Shown here in pieces: positions 36,936 through 49,735 of a stretch of 64,000 nucleotides of DNA; the stretch's first letter is position 1; every line of letters begins with the position of its first letter. Under the pieces are notes generated by a model. That model did no database searches. It was not told the origin of the DNA and was given only the letters and a program-made list of their open reading frames with translations. This DNA is from Mustelus asterias (lineage: Eukaryota). Both the position numbers and the translations under genes were made by a program. Location of the stretch: contig NC_135804.1 of assembly GCF_964213995.1 (NCBI RefSeq), forward strand, positions 68,262,001 through 68,326,000, read 5' to 3'.

Positions 36936-39630
36936 GTACCTGCTTCTTTTCTGTCTTGTGTCTCTCAACATAAACTTAAATATTGTTTCTTTCACAGATA
37001 TGAACATATATCTACATTGAACTTTCGTAATCATTCTCCATCCTCTATACCCCCTCCCCCTACCCCTACCCTACCACGAAACATTCCGCAAACCCCTTGA
37101 GATTTATAAAGTCAATTTTACAGTATTTATAATTAATTGTTTCAGCAGGTACTTCAATTCGAGTAATTCAACTTCCTGAAAGTCTGACAAAAATCCAAGG
37201 CACAACTGTCACTTTTCATTGTTCTGTACCGTACCCTCCAGACGACTCGAATGTGACCTTCAACTGGTTGAAAGAAGGCGAAAGTCAATATCTGAGTACA
37301 GCCGCCGATCACCGAAAGGTTTTCGGCTCCAAAACCACATTCAGTGGCTTTCTTCGCATCACCAATGTAAGCTTTCAGGATGCTGGAGTATATTACTGCT
37401 CGGTGCAACAACGTGGCTACATAACTGGAAACACGATTGGATCTAATTTAACTGTATGGGGTGAGTATCGAGATTTTGCAGAATGCATTATGTGATTGCG
37501 ACTTATAAAACAGACCAAACATCAGATAATAATTGCAATTATTAGATCAAATCATTATATCCACGGGACATTGGAAGATTTAAGAATTAACAATAGAAAG
37601 CACGAGCCATTTCATTTAGACATTCAATTGCCTGAAAGGGTAAACAAAAACGTCGTCCAGGATTTTGGAAAAATGAAGAAATTACAGAAAATGCTGCAAT
37701 TGGTTATCAGAACTGGCAGCATCTGTCGAGGGATGATCAGAGCTTCGAGTTTGTCAGAACTGCCAAAATAGCCATTAGATTATCATCTGAAATCGCGTGC
37801 AAGATTTCCTATCGTAGTGAGATATCCCAGCAACGTCCAGCGAACCGACAACAAGGCCGGTAATACAATACCTGAAGCTAGCAATAACACATTCAATTTT
37901 TCAGTTAAATATTAACTACTGAGATTGCTACAAATATCGATCGCGACCATTTTCTCTACAATGTAACTTGCAGAACTGTGATATTCGTGACTGTTGCTCT
38001 GTTTGTAACAGTCAGAAACGTGTGCAGAAAGAAATTCCATTCCAACAGTCTCGAAAACTGAAAATGTCCTCGTTTGCAATATCGCCAGAAATTAAATCAG
38101 TTCTTCTCGTCCGATCCACACATAGGTTCTATTTTTAATTTCTTTAGAATCATTAAGATTCGTAGGAATATGACATGTTCCATACATCATGTGTGATCAC
38201 AAGCACTCGGTAATAATCGTTTGTAAACTTTTTTAAAAATAAGCTCTGATGTGACATCAGAGTGTCATAGATTTTATTTTATGTTCTGTTTTATAGCACC
38301 TCCAAGCCAAGTGCAAATTCTCCCCAGTGATCCTCGAAGCGATTCATCCGTATCCCTTGTGTGTCAGGCGACCGCATTTTACCCTGAAATTATTGCACTC
38401 GAATGGTATAAAGGTGATATCGAAATTTCAACTGGGGTGTCTGTCTTAAAACAGCAAAACTCAGACGGATTGTACGAAGCTCGCAGCTTTTGGGAAGAGT
38501 CGCAGCCTGCTCCGATTGGAAGTGTTTACAGCTGTCTGGTCTCTCATGTTACATTGGAAACTCCATTAGTTGTTACGCATGTCATTACATATTCTAACGC
38601 AGGTACATATCTAACAAGACAACCGAGATAGTCAACTGTCATTAATACCTTACCGGTCAGAAAGGACAACCACTTAAATCAATACAAAGTACAATACACT
38701 CTCAATCTTAACCAAAAGTTCTGCGCATATATATAGAACAGCAATCCTTGACTCCGTTTTAAACGGTCTTTATTTGCATATTTTTATAAATTTAATATTA
38801 TGTGGCTGGATTTTTAGACACAACGGTGTGGTTGGGATTGGTGCAGGGAATGATTGTCGCATTTATCATAGAACAACAGCGAACTGGCAGCCCACACTTA
38901 ATGTTATTTTTATTTGACTGTAATCTCTTCAATATAAAGAGGGCACCACAATTTAAGGACGGTGTCCATGTCTTAAAGTGGTTGCACAGTGGTAAATAGA
39001 ATGGTGTCAGAACTGAAGATTTCAACGACATACAGAAATTAGATAAACTACGATTTCCCCCAGTTAATCGAGCAGCCTATGTTGAGGCTTCAAATAATTA
39101 AAGAAAAACATGAGAAATTACAATAAGCATTACCCAGTGACAGAATAAATTGTAATCGGAAGATACCGATCTAAGATCATTGATAAATGACCCACAGGCG
39201 TCAGAAGACGGGAGGGGGGGGGGGGTGGTTCGTGGGGGGGGGGGGGGGGAGAGAATGGAGGGGGGGGGGGACGTTGGTGAGAGGAATGGTGATGGTATGC
39301 ATCGAATTGTTATAAAACAGAACACTCCGCCTGAAGAGTCATCGGAGCCGGTGAATATATGGCTCTAACATGAAAGAAAACCAGAGATAATAAGTTCGCT
39401 AAACTTGCCTGTTAAATGTGCAATTATAGAAAGCACGATTGAAGGTGAAAATATGTTTGCTTTGTGAGCGGTCAATGCACTTCATAATATTTGATCTTTT
39501 CTTGAATATTAATTTTGTAGACAGTCAATTCTCCCGTCTTCTGCTGATTTCTGGATGTATTGGATATGGTCTGATATGCCTACTCTTCAGTTTCTTAATT
39601 TGGAAGCGACGCCAATTAAAGGATTTGTAG
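36881..39630 (+). CDS. Gene B: paralogous non-rearranging VJ-C1 transmembrane IgSF receptor with short tail (multi-exon span)
   Basis: Four exons join in frame; exon sizes and motifs parallel gene A. Confidence 0.8.
37146..37460 (+). CDS. Gene B Ig V-set (VJ-type) exon
   Basis: ttcag|cag NAGNAG acceptor, G|GTGAGT donor, 315 nt phase 1-1; VIQLPES..TVTFHC..FNWLKEG..FLRITNVSFQDAGVYYC..GNTIGSNLTV. Confidence 0.9.
38297..38602 (+). CDS. Gene B Ig C1-set exon
   Basis: ttttatag| acceptor, CAG|GTACAT donor, 306 nt; SLVCQATAFYPEIIALEWY...YSCLVSH. Confidence 0.9.
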
Positions 39631-39632
39631 AG
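39521..39632 (+). CDS. Gene B transmembrane exon (DSQFSRLLLISGCIGYGLICLLFSFLIWKRRQLKDL*)
   Basis: ttttgtag| acceptor, AG|GTAAGC donor; 112 nt (one more than phase-preserving); TAG at 39628-39630. Confidence 0.8.
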
Positions 39633-39799
39633 GTAAGCTAAATTAAACGCCATAAGTGATCGTATGAGTTACGTCTGTTGTTGTTATACGTTGACTGGAT
39701 GTAAACGTAGCTGGAAAAGCGAGCATTTTTCATTCCAATGTACACGGTTGATTTCAACACAGTGCCCTTGAAAGGATATAGGCCTCGTTTGAGAAGGAA

Positions 39800-40390
39800 C
39801 CACAAGACCATAAGAAATACGAATAGCAATAGGCCTTATGGCCCATACAGCCTGCCCTACCAGTCAATGGGATCATTGCTGATCCAACATTCCTCACGCC
39901 CACTTTCCTTCCCTATCCACTTAACCTTTGATTCGCTTACTGATCAAAAATCTATCTATCGCAGCCTCAAGTATGCACAAGAACTCTGCCCTGATACCTC
40001 TCTGTGGCAAGGAGTTCCAAAGAATTACAACCCTCGAAAAGAAGAAACTCCTCCTCATCTAAGTCTGAAATTGGCGCCCCTTTATTCTGAGACTATGCCC
40101 CCTGGTCGTAGCCTCTTCCGTGAGGGAAGAAATCTTCCCAGAATTAACCCTGTCAAGCCACGAAAGAATCATATATGTTTCAGTGAGAGCACCTCTCATT
40201 CTTCTAAATTCCAATGAGTAGAGTCCAACATTTTTTTTAAACTTTCCTCTTAAGGCAATCGCTCCATATCGGGGATCATCCTAGTAAACATTCCATGAAT
40301 TGCCTCCAATTAAATAACATATTTCCTTCAAAAAGCAGACCAAAGCTGCTCGCTGTACTTCAGATGCGGTCTCAGCTGTGCAGTTGCAGC
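39800..40390 (-). mobile_element. Old CR1 3' fragment
   Basis: accataagaaat...aggccttatggccc tail; aagaaactcctcctcatct remnants. Confidence 0.7.
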
Positions 40391-41110
40391 AAGGCAGCGA
40401 CATATCTTCGCCTTAAATTGTATAACAAAAATGTACGACATCTTCAGGACAAGAAAAAGTGATAGTATTTCAATTGGTCCCACATAAAATGCAATCACGA
40501 TTCATGCCTCACATCTGCTGGTGAGAATACCTATAATCTCTCTCTCTCTCTTTCTCCCTCCTTTCATGATATATGTTTTATAATCTGAAACAAATATATT
40601 ATCGTTGAGTTCTGAATCAGTGCTGGTTTTTCTTAATTGAATCAAAGAAACTGTGCGATATTTTACAGCTATACAATGGCTAGTTCGAAATGTATAAGAA
40701 GCCACATCTTTTGATTTTGAGGATCTAATTCTAAAGTTTACAAATAAAAAGTTCTTGTGACTCTAAGTATAAGGCAATGGTTCCATCGTCCAATTAGAAC
40801 CACGAACACGTAATTCCTACAAAGATATAATTGGCTAAAATACATCATTCAGTCGCTGTTGAAAAAAATACAGAATGAATGGGAAGTTGTTTCTGGTGGA
40901 ACAAGAATAATCCTGAATAATTGCACTCCGTCTGAAAGATGCTATACCTTGTGGATCAAGCGTGTTTGAGTCTATCAAACTTTCACATTGATGATATAAC
41001 TTCGCATTTGTGCATTGTGAGCTCAACTAATAAATATGAGTTAGTGCCCTTGCACAGAACAGGTTGTATTATACGTTACCCTATGTGTTTTCTTTTCAAA
41101 CAGATACGTG

Positions 41111-41506
41111 CAGCGTAGGAGGCTGAGGGGTGATCTTATAGAGTTCTATAAAATAAGGAGGGGCACAGAACAAGTAGATAGTCAATATATTTTCCCAAAG
41201 GCAGGGGAGTCTAAAACTAGAGGGCATAGGGTTAAGGTGAGAGGGGAGAGATACAAAAGTGTCCAGAGGGGCAATTTTTCACACAGCGGGTGGTGAGTGT
41301 CTGGAACAAGCTGCCAGAGGTAGTAGTAGAGGCGGGTACAATTTTGACTTTTACAAAGCATTTAGATAGTTGCATGGGTATGATGGGTATAGAGGGATAT
41401 GGGCCAAATGCGGGCAATTTGGATTAGCTTAGGGTTTAAAAAAAAGGGCGGCATGGACAAGTTGGGCCGAAGGGCCTGTTTCCCTGCTGTAAACCTCTAT
41501 GACTCT
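41111..41506 (+). mobile_element. CR1 3' fragment
   Basis: RRRLRGDLIE ORF2 end, GGGCCGAAGGGCC stem, ctatgactcta tail; flanked by ATACGTG/ATACATG. Confidence 0.9.
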
Positions 41507-41594
41507 ATACATGGTTGAAGATGTTAACATTGTCATTTGTGCTTCATCTTTTCCTACAATACTACAAATACTAAACAGGTTTCCTTTTTTACAG

Positions 41595-41687
41595 ACTGTA
41601 CAAGGAGCGGGTCTGCCATTTACTAGCTCGGTGAAATCTGTAAATCACAAAAGCAACAGCAAGAATATGGAAAAACACGGACTTTAG
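41595..41687 (+). CDS. Possible (orphaned) gene B cytoplasmic exon TVQGAGLPFTSSVKSVNHKSNSKNMEKHGL*
   Basis: Strong acceptor ttccttttttacag|; open in phase 0; no linking phase 1-0 exon found. Confidence 0.3.
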   Translation, partial: TVQGAGLPFTSSVKSVNHKSNSKNMEKHGL

Positions 41688-42752
41688 AAAATCAGCAGGT
41701 GGTGGCAACAGTTCTTCGAAAGAAAATATTAGCTAAGCCATGTTATAATTACTGAACTAACAATTATCTCCATTATGAATATTGTCGGGAGTCGACTGCT
41801 GTACACATTCAGCATATACAGCCTTAAAAATAATAATATCATTCCGTAGCATCAAATTAAGGAAAGCGCCTTCATTTTGAGGAAGGATAGTCATTTTTAT
41901 CATAGTTATTATCGATATTAGGAGTCTCGCATCGTTGAGCAAATGGGCATAAGAAGGAATATAAGAACTGCACTTAACAGGAATAACGACCTGCTGTGTC
42001 ACTAAATTATACCCCAGTTGATATGTACCTTAGCTCCGTCTGCATATTTTGACTCTCTAACCATAAATCTAATTGATTGACAAAATACAATTTTGGCTTT
42101 CAAAATTTCAAGTAATTTAGCTTTAACGGGATTTGCAGGAAGTGTGTTCAATTACATCGCATCAACACATGTTTTCATGTTCGGTTCTTTCAACAGCACC
42201 CGTTATGAAATTGTGTTAGCTCCAAACCCACAGTGCTGAATCTCCACTGCATCTCATTTAGGACCAATGGTTTATTCATGATGAGCATTGGTCGAATTAT
42301 GTGCCGTGATCCAATTGTTTAACGAGCGTTCGGTGCAATAGTGTTTTAACTTTCACCAGATTAAGCCTCAACCCTCGTGAGGTAGAGGACAAGATTCAAT
42401 TGCATTTTGAATGCCGGCATTCAGCTGCGTGCAGGATTAAAGTGATGTATGCATTCAAACGCCAGATCTAAGAGGTTCAAAGCGGATGACTTCACTTCAA
42501 TCTCCATGTTCCTCAGTTTTGTCCAATCTCTTTTATATGTCGCTTTCAAATTGCCTTCTTGAATTTCTTATTAAGATCTACGTGTGTCTGGCTAGGCTCG
42601 CTTTCATTGTCCATCCCTAACTGCGCTTCAGGAGGGTATGATGAGGTCCCCACTTGAACCTTTGCAGTCCATGTGTAGATACAGTGCCTGCTAACGTGTG
42701 CATGGTTCACGGTTAGCCAATTAGTGTGGCGCAGAAAGTTCCCGATTGCTCT

Positions 42753-43505
42753 ATGTATGTACACACACGCACACACACACACTCACATGCACACGCACAC
42801 ACAGGGACACACAAACAAAACACATGCATGCATGCACACAGACACACACACATACACTCACACACATGCACACATACACATGCACAAGCACACATAGGCA
42901 CACATGTACACATACATATAAACGTTCACATACATACACAAACGCATACACAGACACACTCACATACACATACNNNNNNNNNNNNNNNNNNNNNNNNNNN
43001 NNNNNNNNNNNNNNNNNNNNNNNNNNNNNNNNNNNNNNNNNNNNNNNNNNNNNNNNNNNNNNNNNNNNNNNNNNNNNNNNNNNNNNNNNNNNNNNNNNNN
43101 NNNNNNNNNNNNNNNNNNNNNNNNNNNNNNNNNNNNNNNNNNNNNNNNNNNNNNNNNNNNNNNNNNNNNNNNNNNNNNNNNNNNNNNNNNNNNNNNNNNN
43201 NNNNNNNNNNNNNNNNNNNNNNNNNNNNNNNNNNNNNNNNNNNNNNNNNNNNNNNNNNNNNNNNNNNNNNNNNNNNNNNNNNNNNNNNNNNNNNNNNNNN
43301 NNNNNNNNNNNNNNNNNNNNNNNNNNNNNNNNNNNNNNNNNNNNNNNNNNNNNNCACACACGCGCACAAAGGCACACTCGGACACACAAACACAGGCAAA
43401 CACGCACGCGCACACACACATACATACATGCACAGACATACATACGCACACATACACACAAACAAACACGCTCACGCGTACAGACGGACACACGTAAACG
43501 CACAA
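42753..43505. repeat. Degenerate (CA)n microsatellite spanning an assembly gap
   Basis: CA-rich on both sides of the N run. Confidence 0.95.
42974..43354. other. Assembly gap (381 N)
   Basis: Run of n. Confidence 1.
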
Positions 43506-43509
43506 TACA

Positions 43510-45432
43510 AGTGGATCCCTTGAAGAGTATAGAGGTTGTAGGAATAGAGTTAGAGAGAAATCTGGACGGTAAAAAGAGGACATGAGGTTGGTTTGGCAGA
43601 TAAGGCAAAGGACAATCCAAAGAGCGTCTGCAAATACATAAAGGGCAAAAGAGTAACTCGAGAGAGTTAGTAAGGCCTCTTAAGGATCAACAAGGTCATC
43701 TATGTGCAAATCCACAAAAGGTAGTTGAGAACCTAAATGAAAGTTTAGCATCGGTATATACTGTTGAGAAAGGCATGGATGTAATGGAACTTGGGAAAAT
43801 AAATTGTGATGTCTTGACGGGTGTACATAGTACAGAGAAGGAGGTGCTGGAAGTTCTAAAGCGCATCAAGGTAGATAAATGCTGGGGACCTGATGAAATG
43901 TATCACAGGACATTGTGGGAGGCTAGGGAGGTAATTGTGTGTCCCCTAGCAGAGATATTTAAATCATCGACAGCGACAGGTGGAGTGAAGATTGGAGAGG
44001 AGCAAATGTTGTGCCTTTGTTTAAGAAAGGTTGCAGGAAAAAGTCTGGGAACTATAGACCGGTGAGCATAACGTCTGCAGTGGTTAAGATGTTAGAAAGT
44101 ATTCTGGGAGACAGTATCTACAGGCATTTAGAGAGGCAAGCACTGTTTAGGTTGTCAGCATGGCTTTGTGAGTGGAGAATCTTGTCTCACAAATTTGATT
44201 GAGTTTTTTGAAGGGATAACCAAGAAGGTATGAGGGCAGTGCAGTTCAAGTTGTATATATGGACTTCAGACTTTGACAAGGTACCGTGTGTTCATTTGTT
44301 GCATAAGGTTAAATCTCACAGGATCCAGGATGAGGTAACCAATTGGATAGAAAATTGGCTTGACAACGGGAGATAGAGTGTGGTTGTAAAGGGTTGTTTT
44401 TCAAACTGGAGGCCTGTGGCCAGCGGTGTGCCTCAGGGATCAGTGCTGGGTCCACTGTTAATTCTTATTTATATTAATGATTTTGATGAGAGTTTAGGAG
44501 GCATGGTTAACAAGTTTGCAGATAACACCATGATTGGTGGCATGGTGGACAGTGAAGAAGGTTATCTAGGATTGTAAAGGGATCTTGATCAATTGGGCAA
44601 GTGGGCGGATGAATGGCAGATGGAGTTTGATTTGGATAAATGTGAGGTGATGCATTTTGGTTGCTCGAATCGTCGTACCACTGATTCAGTTCGTGGTAGG
44701 GCGTTGGGGAGAGTTATAGAACAAATGAATCTAGGAATGCAGGTTCATAGCTCCTTGAAAGTGGAGTCACAGGTGGACAGGGTGGTGAAGACGTCATTCA
44801 GCATGCTTGCTTTCATTGGTCACAATATTGAACATAGGGATTGGGACGTCTGGTTGAAGTTGTACAATACATTGGTAAGGCCACCCTTGAAATACTGAGT
44901 GCAGCTCTGGTCACCCTATTGTTGAAAGGATATTAAATTAAAAAGAGTGCTGAAAAGATTTACTAGGATGCTACCGGGACTTGATGGTTTGACTTATAAG
45001 GAGAGGTTGGATAAACTGGGACTTTTTCCCTGGGACATAGGAGACTTAGGAGTGATCTTATTGAGGTCTATAAAATAATGAGGGGCATTGATAAGGTAGA
45101 TAGTCAACATCTTTTCCCAAAAGTAGGGGAGCATCAAACTAGAGAGAATAGGTTTAAGCTGAGAGGAGTCCGGAGGAGCATTTTTTTCAGTCAGAGAATG
45201 GTGAGTGTCTGGAATGAGCTGCCAGAGGCAGTAGTAGAGGCGGGTACAATTTTGTCTTTTAAAAAGTATTTAGACAGTTACATGGGTAAGATGGGTATAG
45301 AGGAGGGGTGTGGGCCAAGTGCGAGCAATTGTGCAAGCTTAGTGATAAAAACTGGGCGGCATGGACAAGTTGGGCCGAAGAGCCTGTTTCCAATGCTCTA
45401 AACATCTTTGATTCTCAGACTCTATGACTCTA
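43510..45432 (+). mobile_element. Moderately degraded CR1 ORF2 3' part
   Basis: Fragmented RT ORFs ([17 protein letters not shown]); tail gactctatgactctatg. Confidence 0.9.
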
Positions 45433-45880
45433 TGTCCTAATTCATAAAAATAGCAAAATATTCGCGTTTGTACAGATTCGCAAGGGGCACACACCACTGG
45501 TCACAACACGGTGCCTAAATTGTCTTGCCTAAACTTTGTTTCCTACATTGAAAGGAATTCTCTCTCCAGGGCAGTTTGTTGCCTTACTGCTTTGTTTGAA
45601 ACGATATCTTATTTGAAAGCGTGTCGAATGTCTTCTGGGAATCCATATAAAACACATTCACAAACATGCCATTCTCTAATAATTCACATAATATAAAGTA
45701 TAATCGTCAGTTGCTGCTACTACTGCAAAAAATAATTACATTTCGATCATCACCGATTCATGTCAGTCTAAATATTCTATAAGTTTGACTTACTATTTGC
45801 ACTTCTGTTTCTAAATTAATGTGAATTAGTGAGAATCATTAATTGAGTTGCATTGTGTTAAATCTGCACAATAACAAATG

Positions 45881-46283
45881 CTAAACTGGGGTTGTTCTCC
45901 CTGGAAAGACGGAGAATGAGGGGAGATCTAATAGAGGTGTACACGATTATGAAGTGGATAGATAGCGTGAACTGTGGGAAGCTTTTCCCAGATCAGAAGT
46001 GACGATCACGAGGAGTCACGGGCTCAAGGTGAGAGGGGCGAAGTATAATTCAGATATTAGAGGGATGTTTTTTACACAGAGGGTGGTGGGGGCCTGGAAT
46101 GCGCTGCCAAGTAGGGTGGTGGAGGCAGACACGCTGACATCGTTTAAGACTTACCTGGATAGTCACATGAGCAGCCTGGGAATGGAGGGATACAAACGAT
46201 TGGTCTAGTTGGACCAAGGAGCGGCACAGGCTTGGAGGGCCGAAGAGCCTGTTTCCTGTGCTGTACTGTTCTTTGTTCTTTGT
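45881..46283 (+). mobile_element. CR1 3' fragment (short-UTR TTCTTTG subfamily)
   Basis: ORF2 end MEGYKRLV*; tail ttctttgttctttg. Confidence 0.9.
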
Positions 46284-46482
46284 ACTTTCCACGCTTAAAA
46301 TAATATTTAGTAATCCTTCGTAAAATAAGCTTTGACAAAATGTGATATTACTTTGTTTTACTGATCTTTGCAATCAGTTCACAATATCATTTTAATTTCT
46401 GCCACTGTTGAAAAGCGTTTCACAATTAAGTAAAAGAAGCTTCCAAAATAACTTAATCGCAGTTACATATCGAACTTGGATC

Positions 46483-48811
46483 TATATTGGATCTGGTGCT
46501 GGGAAATGAGCCAGACCAGGTGCTAGACTTGGAAGTTGGTGTGCATTTTGGTGATAGTGACCACAATTCGGTTACGTTCACCTTAGTGATGGAAAGGGAT
46601 AGGCATGAACCTCGGGCCAGTGGTTTTAGCTGGGGGAAGGGTAATTATGAGGCTATTAGGAGAGAATTAGGAAACATAGGTTGGACTAGGAGATTACAGG
46701 GACTGGGAACGTCCGACATGTGGAGTTTTTTCAAGGAGCAGCTACTGCGAGTCTGTGATAGGTATGTCCCTGTCAGGCAAGGAGGAATTGGTAGGGCTAG
46801 GGAACCGTGGTGCACCAAAAAAGTTTCTTTGTTGGTTAAAAAGAAAAAGGAGGCTTATGTTCGGATGAGACGTGAGCACTCGGGTAGTGCACTAGAAAGC
46901 TTTAGATTGGCTAAGAGGGAGTTGAAGAGCGAGCTTAGAAGGGCTAAAAGGGGACATGAGAAGACTTTGGCGGATAGGGTTAAAGAGAATCCTAAGGCGT
47001 TCTATAGGTATGTCAAGAACAGAAGGTTGGTTAGGGCAAGTTTAGGGCCAGTTATAGATGGCAGAGGGAAGTTATGTGTGGAACCGGAGGAGATTGGTGA
47101 AGCATTGAACCAATATTTCTCTTCGGTGTTCACGCAAGGGGACATGAATATAGCTGAGGAGGACACTGGGTTGCAAGGGAGTAGAATAGACAGTATTACA
47201 GTTGATAAGGAGGATGTGCAGGATATTCTGGAGGGTCTGAAAATAGATAAATCCCCTGGTCCGGATGGGATTTATCCAAGGATTCTCTGGGAGGCAAGAG
47301 AAGTGATTGCAGAGCCTCTGGCTCTGATCTTCAGGTCGTCGTTGGCCTCTGGTATAGTACCAGAAGATTGGAGGTTAGCGAATGTTGTCCCATTGTTTAA
47401 GAAGGGGAACAGAGACTTCCCCGGGAATTATAGACCGGTGAGTCTCACTTCTGTTGTCGGCAAGATGTTGGAAAAAATTATAAGGGATAGGATTTATAGT
47501 TATTTGGAGAGTAATGAATTGATAGGTGATAGTCAGCATGGTTTTGTGGCAGGTAGGTCGTGCCTTACTAACCTTATTGAGTTTTTTGAGAAAGTGACCA
47601 AGGAGGTGGATGGGGGCAAGGCAGTGGACGTGGTATATATGGATTTTAGTAAGGCGTTTGATAAGGTTCACCATGGTAGGCTTCTGCAGAAAATGCAGAT
47701 GTATGGGATTGGGGGTGATCTAGGAAATTGGATCAGGAATTGGCTAGCGGATAGGAAACAGAGGGTGGTGGTTGATAGTAAATATTCATCATGGAGTGCG
47801 GTTACAAGTGGTGTACCTCAGGGATCTGTTTTGGGGCCACTGCTGTTTGTAATATTTATTAATGATCTGGATGAGGGTATAGTTGGGTGGATTAGCAAAT
47901 TTGCTGATGACACCAAAGTCGGTGGTGTGGTAGACAGTGAGGAAGGGTGTCGTAGTCTGCAGGAAGACTTAGACAGGTTGCAAAGTTGGGCCGAGAGGTG
48001 GCGGATGGAGTTTAATGCGGAGAAGTGTGAGGTAATTCACTTTGGTAGGAATAACAGATGTGTTGAGTATAGGGCTAACGGGAGGACTTTGAATAGTGTG
48101 GAGGAGCAGAGGGATCTAGGTGTATGTGTGCATAGATCCCTGAAAGTTGGGAATCAAGTAGATAAGGTTGTTAAGAAGGCATATGGTGTCTTGGCGTTTA
48201 TTGGTAGGGGGATTGAATTTAGGAGTCGTAGCGTTATGTTGCAACTGTACACAACTCTGGTGCGGCCGCACTTGGAGTACTGTGTGCAGTTCTGGTCCCC
48301 ACATTACAGGAAGGATGTGGAGGCTTTGGAGAGGGTGCAGAGGAGGTTTACCAGGATGTTGCCTGGTATGGAGGGGAGATCCTATGAGGAGAGGCTGAGG
48401 GATTTGGGATTGTTTTCGCTGGAAAGGCGGCGGCTAAGAGGGGATCTTATTGAAACATATAAGATGATTAGAGGTTTAGATAGGGTGGATAGTGATAGCC
48501 TTTTTCCTCTGATGGAGAAATCCAGCACGAGGGGGCATGGCTTTAAATTGAGGGGGGGTAGTTATAGAACCGATGTCAGGGGTAGGTTCTTTACCCAGAG
48601 GGTGGTGAGGGATTGGAATGCCCTGCCAGCATCAGTAGTAAATGCGCCTAGTTTGGGGGCGTTTAAGAGATCCGTAGATAGGTTCATGGACGAAAAGAAA
48701 TTGGTTTAGGTTGGAGGGTCACAGTTTTTTTTTTTAACTGGTCGGTGCAACATCGTGGGCCGAAGGGCCTGTTCTGCGCTGTAATGTTCTATGTTCTATG
48801 TTCTATGTTCT
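46483..48811 (+). mobile_element. Young 5'-truncated CR1 with uninterrupted 740-aa ORF2 part
   Basis: SDH end of APE, full RT (KFADD), (TTCTATG)n tail. Confidence 0.95.
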
Positions 48812-49519
48812 AACTTGTTGTATCTTTACCGTAATACTGATTGACTCGTCATTGTAATACAATTAGATGATTATTCCCATATTCCCGATTCGAACCAGCA
48901 CAGTGGTCAGTGTTGATAACATCAGCAGGACATTTGATGATTCACAACAACATGCACAATCTCGCTACTCGCATACAAAATATATCCAATCAGTTATACT
49001 CAAGTCATTACTGAACTTATGTGACATACTTACAAACCCACGCGATGTTATTTACGAAAGCTAAAAAAAAGACAAGATTAGTATCAATATCTATGCAAAC
49101 AGAACGTTTAACTTCCACAATATTGTATGAAATTTCCCTGTTTTCGCTTTTACGCTCATGATCTGTCTGCTATGAACGGTTTTACCTGACGGTCAGAGCA
49201 TATATGGAGGTTTGCTCTAACAAGACTAGACCCGACGCGACATTACCTATCGCTCACCGGGCTTTGAATATTGATATGGCTGATTAATGTTTGGTAGCTT
49301 CCGCCGCTCACACGTATACCTCCAAGTAACTGGTTATGAACACCAGTGGGAATACCCTGGTATCTCGCCAAGGCTGACGGGCTAACAAAAGTGAGTCTTT
49401 CATCAGCTTCTCTTGGTGAACAACATATGGAGATGCTGGCGTTGGACTGGGGTGGGCTGAGTAAGAAGTCTCACAATACCAGGTTAAAGTCCAACAGATT
49501 TATTTGGAATCACAAGCTT

Positions 49520-49735
49520 TCGGATGACTATTGACCATTATCGGAAAGACCCATGTGGTTCACTAACGTTCTTTAGGGAAGGAAATCTGCCACCCTTACC
49601 TTTTCTGGCCGACATGTGACTCCAGACCCACAGCAATGTGGTTGACTGTCAATTGCCCTCGACCAACTAGGAATGGGCAATAAATGCTGGCCAGCCAGCG
49701 ACGCCCATTTCCCACGAATGAATTTTTAAAAATAA
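49520..49735 (+). mobile_element. SINE/non-autonomous element 3' part (family of 2530-2862)
   Basis: ctttagggaaggaaatctgcc..ccagacccacagcaatgtggttgact..gggcaataaatgctggccagccagc. Confidence 0.7.

Noticed and set aside
39210-39272. Poly-G tracts (also 16441-16470) as G-quadruplex elements
   Set aside because: Simple low-complexity runs, error-prone in assembly, with no supporting context
42546-43620. Long His/Thr or Cys/Val ORFs
   Set aside because: Translations of a (CA)n microsatellite and an N gap
49428-49525. Penelope-associated terminal repeat that often carries a hammerhead ribozyme
   Set aside because: Only the GAAA side (gctttcgga) remains; truncated by a SINE, with no CUGANGA core
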